A stretch of DNA of 64,000 bases, from the NCBI GenBank assembly GCA_963775685.1, contig CAVZJV010000014.1, forward strand, positions 2,240,001-2,304,000, written 5' to 3'. This document shows, in pieces, positions 31,386 to 39,496 of this stretch; position 1 is the first letter of the stretch; each line of letters opens with the position of its first letter. Origin of the DNA: Candidatus Bathyarchaeota archaeon (lineage in GTDB: Archaea > Thermoproteota > Bathyarchaeia > Bathyarchaeales > Bathycorpusculaceae). The position numbers were made by a program, and so were the translations under genes. The notes under the pieces were generated by a model. It ran no database searches, was not told the DNA's origin, and saw only the letters and a program-made list of their open reading frames with translations.

Positions 31386-32826
31386 ATGGCGGCAGAGCAA
31401 GAAGCTGTTAAAGCGGATGCTGAAGATTCTACTCCAGTTGATTTAAAATCAGCTGATTCAGTGGCAAAATACTGGTGGTATGGGGCGCTGTTGTGGTTCC
31501 CGATTTTCACCACCTTCGGAATGATTATGGCTATAAAATTTTTCTACCCAACTTTCCTGATTGACTCCGCCTGGGACACATTTGGACGTATAAGACCCGC
31601 CCACGTCAACGGATTACTATTCGGCTTTTTATCTTCGGGCTTAATCGGCTCAATGTATTATATAACCCCTCGGCTCAGCCACAAATCACTCTTCCAACCC
31701 CTAATCGCTAAAGCTTCCGCAGTTTTATGGAACGTAGCCGTTTTAGCAGGTGTACTTCTCATTCTAAGCGGCGACACCCAAGCACGTGAATACGCTGAAA
31801 TGCCTTGGGTCGTAGATATTGCAATTGTAATAACTTTGATTTTAATTGGGATAACAATTATAGGTACAATAATCAAACGCAGAGAACGAAAACTCTACGT
31901 AAGCCTCTGGTTCTTCGCTGCCATTTTCCTCTGGTTCCCCATAGTTTATTCCATAGGAAACGTAATTTGGAACCCGCCTTCGGGAGCACTTTACGGTTTA
32001 ACCGATGCCATCGTAAACTGGTTCTACGGACACAACGTTTTAGGCCTTTGGTTCACGCCTTTTGGGTTAGCTCTTTGGTACTACTTTATTCCCAAAATCT
32101 CCAAACGCGCCCTGTACAGTGTCACCCTATCTCTAATCAGCTTCTTCGCCTTAGCCTTTTTCTACACCGGCGTCGGCGGACACCACCTTCTCCAATCCTC
32201 CATCCCTGAATGGCTCAAAACAATCGCCGTCGCCACCAGCGGACTCATGATGATCTCCGTTTTAACCTTCGCCACAAACATCGGCATGACCCTCAGAGGT
32301 GCATGGAAAGAAATCATGAGCAACGTGCCGTTGCGCTTCATAGTTTTCGGCTTCATATGCTATATATTCGTCTCGATACAGGGCACCTTCCAAGCCCTCA
32401 GAGACATGAACATATACCTTCACTACTCACAGTGGACAGTCATGCACTCTCACCTTGCCCTGTACGCTTCCTTCGGAGTGACAATAATGGGCATAATGTT
32501 CTGGGCAATTCCCAGAGTCACCCAAAAACAACTCTGGAGCAAAAAACTAATGGACGTGACTTGGTGGGTTACACTTTTGGGATTCGTGATTTTCATGTTG
32601 GGCATGATGCTAGGCAGGGCTAGTTGCCAACGCCAACTGGTTCACTCATCAAACAATAGCTCAAGCACTTCCAACTCTAGAACCATACTTCATAGTCCGA
32701 GCTATCGGCGGAGGCATAGTGGTTGTTTCCGCTTTCCTCTTCGCCATCAACATCATCATGACCGTAATTTCAAAACACCGGGCATCCGCTGTCCCGATGG
32801 ATGAAGACAAAATCGAGGTACCTTAG
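31386..32826 (+). CDS. ccoN: cbb3-type (C-family) heme-copper oxidase subunit I; frameshift at ~32615
   Basis: FGRIRPAHVN, EYAEMPW, WFYGHN, FYTGVGGHH, WTVMHSH; C-terminus PYFIVRAIGG in a shifted frame. Confidence 0.9.
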
Positions 32827-32828
32827 CC

Positions 32829-34418
32829 ATGACCGCGACAGAAAAGAAACTTGAAGAGCAACTGGAAAAAGTTGAGAAAACCGTCAATTACCAAATGCGA
32901 AAAGCGAAGAAGAAAATTGTTATCAGAAACCTATTTCCAATCGTAGCCGGCGGCGTAGCAGTCTTTCTGCTCATGGTAAGTATGGTTGTAGTTGCTCCAT
33001 ACATGTTCCTCCTTGATGTTCCCCCCTCCGACACAGCCCACACCTACACAACCCAAGAACAGGAAGGCAGAACGCTATTCATGAATTTAGGCTGCTTCTA
33101 CTGCCACTCCCAACAGGTTCGTGCCGCCGACTGGGGTTTGGGTAACGTTTCGCAGGAAGGCGATTACGTATACGATAGTCCCAACGCTTTAGGCACCGAA
33201 CGTACGGGCCCCGATCTGGCTCAGATTGGGGGGATGCGACCTACAATTTGGCATCACCTGCACGACCGAGATCCCAGAAGCGTAAGCCCCGGCTCAATCA
33301 TGCCCAACTTTGTTTTCCTAAGTGACGCGCAAATCGACGCCTTAACCGCTTACATCCAGAATTTGGGTCAAGAAAACCTCCAAGTTGAATCCTCAATCAC
33401 CAACGGCTCTGCATATCACCCTGTGGTTCCGGAAAACTATCTTAACGCCTCAAACCAATATGGGCCCCTTTACTTTGATGTCTTGGCACAGTACGACGCA
33501 GACAACGACGTCTACAATGGACCAGCTTCGCTTGGAGACCAATGGGCTGCGATATACGACGTCGCCAAAGCCGACTACACCGCACGTTGCCTGCCATGCC
33601 ATGGATGCTCTGGAAACGCTCAGGGACCATACGCCCGCCATGTGGTTACTCAACCGGCAAACCTCCATGAACGAATAGCCACCTTTCCCGGCGACAACTA
33701 TCATATCTGGCGCGTGACTGAAGGAGTGCCTGGAACAGCTATGCCTGCATGGGGGCTAAGTCTCAATGATACGCAAATTCAGATGATTGCCGTTTACGAG
33801 ATGAGTTTCGTTTTTGGCTCCGCAAGAACCTTCGACGGAGCACTCTCTGATGCTGAAGGAGACGCTTTTGCTCAGTCAACGCTTAATTCACCTCCGATTG
33901 CTGGCACGCAGCAGGAATTTCAGAATGGCAATGACCTCTTTAACTTGTATTGTGCCCAATGCCACGGTGTCGATGGACAAGGAGACGGATCCGCCTCTGG
34001 CAAAGTCGCAGGTGGATACATAGTGCCTGTTCCAGCTAACTTTACTGAGTCAGGAAGTGACTTTCAAATGTATGGTAGATACGTCTGGAAAGTCAAAGAA
34101 GGCGTAGAAACAACTAACATGCCGCCTTGGAAAAATGCTTTAACAGACAACGAAATCTACCAGCTTGTATTCTACATACAAAGCTTCGCAACACCACAAG
34201 ACTACAACGCCAAATGGGGACCCCAATATAGCGACCCCTACGCAAGAAACCTGAAAATCAACCAAGCCAGCATAGGTGCCGACCCAGCTGCCGCCCTGAC
34301 ATTGTTAGCCGCCATCGTGCTTTGGGACAAAAAGTTTAACGGACAAAAACTTCGCTTCCAAAATGGGCGACATAAAAAATTAGTAGATTTAATCAGTTTT
34401 GGGAGGATTAAGCTTTGA
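32829..34418 (+). CDS. ccoO: CcoO fused to two extra cytochrome c domains (triheme)
   Basis: GCFYCHSQQVR, GTERTGPDL, PGSIMP; additional CLPCH...AMPAW and CAQCH...NMPPW. Confidence 0.9.
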   Translation: MTATEKKLEEQLEKVEKTVNYQMRKAKKKIVIRNLFPIVAGGVAVFLLMVSMVVVAPYMFLLDVPPSDTAHTYTTQEQEGRTLFMNLGCFYCHSQQVRAADWGLGNVSQEGDYVYDSPNALGTERTGPDLAQIGGMRPTIWHHLHDRDPRSVSPGSIMPNFVFLSDAQIDALTAYIQNLGQENLQVESSITNGSAYHPVVPENYLNASNQYGPLYFDVLAQYDADNDVYNGPASLGDQWAAIYDVAKADYTARCLPCHGCSGNAQGPYARHVVTQPANLHERIATFPGDNYHIWRVTEGVPGTAMPAWGLSLNDTQIQMIAVYEMSFVFGSARTFDGALSDAEGDAFAQSTLNSPPIAGTQQEFQNGNDLFNLYCAQCHGVDGQGDGSASGKVAGGYIVPVPANFTESGSDFQMYGRYVWKVKEGVETTNMPPWKNALTDNEIYQLVFYIQSFATPQDYNAKWGPQYSDPYARNLKINQASIGADPAAALTLLAAIVLWDKKFNGQKLRFQNGRHKKLVDLISFGRIKL

Positions 34419-34567
34419 ATTTCGACATGCTAATCTACACCATCGGTGCGCTAATTATAACTCTAATCACCGCGGGCTTCGTAGTTTGGGCTTTTAAAAC
34501 TAAGCAATTCGAGTCAAACGATTTTCTCCGTTACTACCCTCTTGAGGAGGATGAAAACCAACAATGA
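34415..34567 (+). CDS. ccoS: cbb3 oxidase assembly protein CcoS (50 aa, not in the ORF track)
   Basis: MNFDMLIYTIGALIITLITAGFVVWAFKTKQFE...PLEED; GGAGG SD; overlaps both neighbours. Confidence 0.8.
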   Translation: MNFDMLIYTIGALIITLITAGFVVWAFKTKQFESNDFLRYYPLEEDENQQ

Positions 34568-34848
34568 GCTATCTACCAACCGCAAAAATCGTAGAGTTAG
34601 CCCCCTACGACATTTATTTAGCCCTGTTTCTAATAGCAGCGGTAATAATCGCCATTGTGTTGATTGTCAGAAGTTCAGATGAATACTCTGTTGAGAAAAC
34701 CGAGAAAAACTCTGAAGAATTCGCAGGTGAAATACGGGACTCTCAGGGGCCAGTTACAAAATGGTTGTGGGTTGTCTATATTGTTCTGATTATTTGGGCT
34801 GTTGCTTATTTGGCTCAGCACTGGAGCGAGTTCGCTTTTTTCCCATAA
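34564..34848 (+). CDS. Small membrane protein resembling the CcoP N-terminal TM region
   Basis: EEFAGEIRDSQGPVTKWLWVVYIVLIIWAVAYL resembles the CcoP/FixP N-terminal motif. Confidence 0.6.
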   Translation: MSYLPTAKIVELAPYDIYLALFLIAAVIIAIVLIVRSSDEYSVEKTEKNSEEFAGEIRDSQGPVTKWLWVVYIVLIIWAVAYLAQHWSEFAFFP

Positions 34849-35196
34849 TTTTTAACTTCATAATTATTTTTGGTTTTTCTTTTTGCAATAAGAACGGGGT
34901 CCTTAGAATACAAGGCGATTTTCTCGCTCTTGCTTCGTATGTCAAAATTTTAGCCCGGTTACCAATAATTATTAAATCAAACTTCTTTCTTTAGTCAGAT
35001 TCAATATAGCAGATATAGGAAAAAAGATGTAGATGTGAGTAATACCTCAAAACTAACCATCTGCTTATAGGACGTAAAAGAAGCCTGTCTTAGCTGAAAA
35101 GTACATTTACAGCATATAATCTTTAGTTAGTGGCTTTTCTAAAAATTCAAATACGCAAACAACACTAAATTTATAGTCAATCGGCGGTATGAATAG

Positions 35197-35439
35197 ATGA
35201 AGTTCTTAAAAGATAATTTCAACAAATTGCTTAAGCAATTTAAAGCATTAAGCGTTGAGAAATTGGAAATAGAAAATGAGATTCTCAAGTTGTATGAGTC
35301 TTCAACTACTGACAACGTTGTAACAATAACTTCTGATAAATTAAAGAAAATAGAAGCCTTGAGGGAAAGATTGAAAATCGTAAGCAAAGAGATGAAGAAA
35401 ACAGATAAGAAGATTTTTAAATTATTCAAAGACAAATAG
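35197..35439 (+). CDS. Small coiled-coil hypothetical protein (AT-rich block)
   Basis: K/E/L-rich 80-aa ORF. Confidence 0.4.
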   Translation: MKFLKDNFNKLLKQFKALSVEKLEIENEILKLYESSTTDNVVTITSDKLKKIEALRERLKIVSKEMKKTDKKIFKLFKDK

Positions 35440-35647
35440 CTATTATTAATGTGTTTGTACTTTTTTCTGGGATGTTTATTGGTTCCAAATATACTTACAA
35501 AATAATTTTAAGTAGAAAAAGTTAGTGTCATAAGCATCAGTGTTTAGTGTATTAATTAATTTTAAAGTTTGTTATTAACATAACCGTAGGTGTATTTACT
35601 ATGTTTATTGTATCTGCCTTAAATAGGGTAATTAACATATATAGAGT

Positions 35648-35956
35648 GTGAATCACATGGTAGATTCGAATAACTCCAAAAAGAAGTTAGTAGTTAAAGC
35701 TACGCCAGTAGAGGAAGTTCCAGAGGGCAAAAAGATAGCTAGAAGACCAGAGTATGATGAAGTATTCAAAAAGATTATGGAAAACCCCGAGAAGATTTTC
35801 AAGATTGAGGTGGAGGGCAGAACTGTAAAAACGTTGTATGCTCCATTTGCTTCTAGAGTAAAAAGATACAATAAACAATCTGAAAGAAAATTCAATGCAC
35901 AGCTTAAAGTAAGAAGCAAAGAAATCTACATTGTCAAAGTAGACAAGTCAAACTAG
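35648..35956 (+). CDS. Small basic hypothetical protein (AT-rich block)
   Basis: Lys-rich 102-aa ORF with GTGA-type SD. Confidence 0.55.
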   Translation: MNHMVDSNNSKKKLVVKATPVEEVPEGKKIARRPEYDEVFKKIMENPEKIFKIEVEGRTVKTLYAPFASRVKRYNKQSERKFNAQLKVRSKEIYIVKVDKSN

Positions 35957-36371
35957 GATACAGCAGGACATTCTTTTGTTCAGTATTTTCTTTCTGATTA
36001 ATCTTAAAAGGTTTTTTTACGCTCCCTGAAATTGTTTTAATGGTCTTTAAATCTGAAATTGACCAGTCTGGGTCCCAAACTTTAAAGAAGAAATTAGAAT
36101 GAAAATCAAAGGTTATAGATTTCCATGTTGAGGTATGTGGAGATAATAAAGTTGTTTGTAGCATCCAAGTTTTTCTTTAGAAAGAGTGGGGAGGTATATT
36201 ATGCTATAGCTAGGCATTATGGAGCCGATAAGAAGTTCTACTATCATCAACAAAGCGTTGAATATACCAATAGAAAACTTATAGCGCTAGGTATTATTGA
36301 CCCTTGTCAAGCATTTAATAATAAATCCCTTGCTCAGACTGTAATAGAATCAGGTTCTAAAATAGATACAA

Positions 36372-36444
36372 TGGCGGGCGGGGATAGCTATGAGCCCTCG
36401 TTTGAACCCTCGGGTCGTAATGGCAGTAGAGACTGCACACAGCT
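36372..36444 (-). repeat. tRNA-Arg 3'-end remnant with structured T-arm insertion (type B)
   Basis: tggcgggcgggga-tagctatgagccctcg-tttgaaccctcg. Confidence 0.75.
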
Positions 36445-36543
36445 TTTGGTTGAAGTGGCAAAATAGAAATAGCTTTGGAGCTAGCGTTCGCCCAAATATC
36501 GGGCGCAGTAGAGATAGACTTATACTAAAAAACTATCGCAAAC

Positions 36544-38940
36544 TCATTTGTAGGTCAATTTACCGTTTAGCTCCTTGGGGGGGGGCAAACGAACTGTGAA
36601 AGTGGTGCCTTTGCCTTCTTGGCTCGTGAAGGAAACGGTGCCACCCGAGGATTCTGTCATCCTTTTAACAACCGGCAAACCAAAGCCTTGACCTTTGGAC
36701 TTTGTTGTAAACATGAGCGTAAACATTTTATCCTGAATTTCCCGCGGAATTCCAACGCCCGTATCCCTAACCGATAAAACGGTGTCGTCAACTTCTTTAT
36801 GTGCATCTATCGTTAACTTGCCTCCGTCAGGCATTGCCTGAACAGCATTAGTAACTAAGTTAAACAAGATTCGGTTCAAGTAGTATGAGTCAGCTTTAAT
36901 CCTTCTTGCTTCATCTGCTATTTTTACCTTAACCGTAATATTTTTGGGCAAACCGTTTTTTGCAATGAATGCTTCAACGATGGACTTCAAATCGCTTTCT
37001 TCAATCTTTGGGTTAAGAGGTCGAGCATAATCCTGAAGGTCCTGAACAATTTTGTTAATGTAATCGATATTTTTCTCGATTTCATCCATACTCTCCAAGG
37101 CATTCTTCTTCTCTTCACTATCGGGTATGGAAGCTAACTCTGTTTTAGCTAAGAACACATCGCTGGTTATGGCTTGCAATGGGTTTCGAATATCATGCCC
37201 CACCATACCTGCAGTAGCGCCGATAGCGGCCAAACGCTCTGAATCTTTGAGCTTATTTGCTCTCTGTTCTGCAAGCTCCTCCAATTGACTGGAGTATTCC
37301 TCAAGTTCTACAGCATTTTCTTCAAGCTTTCTTTGGGTATTCTCTAATTCCTCTGTTTTGTGTTTCAGATCCAATTCAGCTGTCTTACGCTCAGTAATAT
37401 CTACTGATAAAATAAAAATGCCTTCAGGAACAGGTGTTATCCTTAGGTCATACCATCCAGAGGTTTTGTCGGGAAAAACGAAAAAGTTCTCCATTTCTTG
37501 AGGAATTCTCTCCTCCATACAGCACTTCAATTTGACAAAGCCTTCGGTGAATTCAACGCCTGGCCACATTTCCATATACCGATTTCCCAATAGTTCTTTG
37601 TTTGATTTGCGGTTCTGAATTTCAGCCGCCTTATTGATGTAAATATACCGCCAATCATGACCAATTATTTGACCGCCTTCAATCATGCTGTCTAATGTGC
37701 TGTGGAACCGCGCTTCACTTTCTCTTAATGCTTCTTCGGCTTTCTTGCGCGCTGTTATGTCCTCAAAAATTGAGACAAAATAGCCCTTTCTTGGACAGTA
37801 TGCTGAAACCGAGTACCATCGGTCTAGTTGTGCAGCGTAATTCTCGAAAATCAAGGGTTGACCTGTAATCGCGACCTTCCCATACACTCCTATCCAGTCA
37901 GCAGGGTCTTTCTCTATTCCAGGCAAGATTTCCGTTACTCTTTTTCCAATGACATCTTTTCGTTCTATTCCAGTCATTTTCTCGAATGCATCATTGACGG
38001 CGATGTAGACGTAGTCTACCGGTTGCCCTTCTTTGACCAAGATTTTATGGTAAGAAAAGCCGTCGAACATACTTGAAAACAAGTTTTCCAGCTGTCGACT
38101 GTCATTGCGGAACGCCTCAGCCCAATTAGATGAAACCCCTAGTTCAGAACTTGAATATAAACTAGCTCGGGGGCGAGCCATCAAGATAGCCACCAAGAAA
38201 TAGACGCCTGCGAGCCAATACGACACTCTGGTAGCCCAGTTATATGGGCCGTTGGGTGTTTTGTAAGTTGCCAAGCCTACAAGAGATATTGCGAGAAGTG
38301 CCAATGCCAACGCATACCAGAAAACAACTTTAGATTTTGAAAGCCTGTATTGCCAACTTAGAAGGATACTGCTAACTGCGCTCAATGCTCCAGCTCCAAC
38401 GATAATCCTTTGCCGAATAGCAGTGGGACCTGATACTGCAAAAAATGTGGGTGCGAAACCGCCAAGAACTAGAACAGCTGATATAATAACAAGCGCTGTA
38501 ACTGCAACATAGCCTAAGAATAAGAGATGTTTGCGACGGCTTTGCGAGCTAGGGACAGCACCGGCCACGATTAGTACAGCGCTCAATAGCTGAAAACCGC
38601 CAGAAAAGAGAAAGCCAAGGTTGAAGAGGGCTACATTATCATTTACGGATATTGAAGCTGCAAACCCTGCGACTGAAGCTAACACTCCTCCCACTGCAGT
38701 TGCCATTCCTAAAAACAGCAAACTCAAGTCTCCTTCAGAATGGTAACTCCATGCAGAGAGGATAGCGACAATTAGACCTGAAACCGTCAAGAACAGAGTG
38801 TTAAGTGCGAACAGGAGGTTGGGTGATGGATAAACCGTCACCTCACCTATGTTAAGCAGTGCCATTATCAGGTAGAGAACCACGAGACCGATTGGTGGGA
38901 TTAATGCCACTTTTTGTAAAGATAGCTTGAGCGGTCCCAT
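36544..38940 (-). CDS. Membrane sensor histidine kinase with two PAS domains
   Basis: About 8 TM helices, two PAS domains, HDIRNPL, NLVTNAVQAM, DTGVG, GQGFGL. Confidence 0.95.
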   Translation of the reverse strand: MGPLKLSLQKVALIPPIGLVVLYLIMALLNIGEVTVYPSPNLLFALNTLFLTVSGLIVAILSAWSYHSEGDLSLLFLGMATAVGGVLASVAGFAASISVNDNVALFNLGFLFSGGFQLLSAVLIVAGAVPSSQSRRKHLLFLGYVAVTALVIISAVLVLGGFAPTFFAVSGPTAIRQRIIVGAGALSAVSSILLSWQYRLSKSKVVFWYALALALLAISLVGLATYKTPNGPYNWATRVSYWLAGVYFLVAILMARPRASLYSSSELGVSSNWAEAFRNDSRQLENLFSSMFDGFSYHKILVKEGQPVDYVYIAVNDAFEKMTGIERKDVIGKRVTEILPGIEKDPADWIGVYGKVAITGQPLIFENYAAQLDRWYSVSAYCPRKGYFVSIFEDITARKKAEEALRESEARFHSTLDSMIEGGQIIGHDWRYIYINKAAEIQNRKSNKELLGNRYMEMWPGVEFTEGFVKLKCCMEERIPQEMENFFVFPDKTSGWYDLRITPVPEGIFILSVDITERKTAELDLKHKTEELENTQRKLEENAVELEEYSSQLEELAEQRANKLKDSERLAAIGATAGMVGHDIRNPLQAITSDVFLAKTELASIPDSEEKKNALESMDEIEKNIDYINKIVQDLQDYARPLNPKIEESDLKSIVEAFIAKNGLPKNITVKVKIADEARRIKADSYYLNRILFNLVTNAVQAMPDGGKLTIDAHKEVDDTVLSVRDTGVGIPREIQDKMFTLMFTTKSKGQGFGLPVVKRMTESSGGTVSFTSQEGKGTTFTVRLPPPKELNGKLTYK

Positions 38941-39188
38941 TTTATTATTAATCCTTCGTTTTAACTACATATAACTTTCGCGAAAGATTAAAACAAAGTC
39001 TAGTGCACTTGCTCATTAATCTTGGAAGAGCATGAACTCAACTTGAAAGCTCCGATAGTTTCACTAACACTGGGTAATTTTGCATGCTAACCCCGAGCGT
39101 TCAAACGCTAAATTGAAATATAAGCACTAAAATGAGTTAAAAAAGCAGTTCTTCTTATAGAAATCATTTATTTGCCAAAATAAGCTCT

Positions 39189-39246
39189 TGGCGGGCGGGG
39201 AGAGATTTGGTCCTGCGCCCTAAAAGGTATTTCACTCGCAAACCCC
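39189..39246 (-). repeat. tRNA-Arg 3'-end remnant with 31-nt T-loop insertion (type A)
   Basis: tggcgggcggggagagatttgg-tcctgcgccctaaaaggtatttcactcgcaaacccc. Confidence 0.8.
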
Positions 39247-39267
39247 TTTTTTTATTTGCTTTTTTTC

Positions 39268-39304
39268 TTTTCTCCTATTTCGGTTCCGGAGCCTCAGCAA
39301 ACCC
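39268..39304 (+). repeat. Direct repeat, left copy
   Basis: ttttctcctatttcggttccggagcctcagcaaaccc, repeated at ~42292-42328. Confidence 0.9.
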
Positions 39305-39496
39305 ACATCAAACAGAAAAATAATAAGTACCATTTCCACCGCATAAAAAACTTTTTGCCACCTCAACTGATTAGGTTTTTTCGCTTTTTGTCGTCAGTGC
39401 CAACTTGTCACTTAGTTTATATACTATATTCTCGTAAAGTCAATAAAGTTGACTAAAACAAATCTCAAAACAATTTGTTTGGGTCAATTAAAATAA

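Noticed and set aside
36384-36444. Hammerhead ribozyme in the type B element (CTATGAG...CGTAA)
   Set aside because: The CTGANGA and GAAA core is absent, and the 25231 copy lacks it too
36125-36466. 113-aa ORF as a real gene
   Set aside because: It runs through the tRNA-derived element and has no recognisable motif; unsupported
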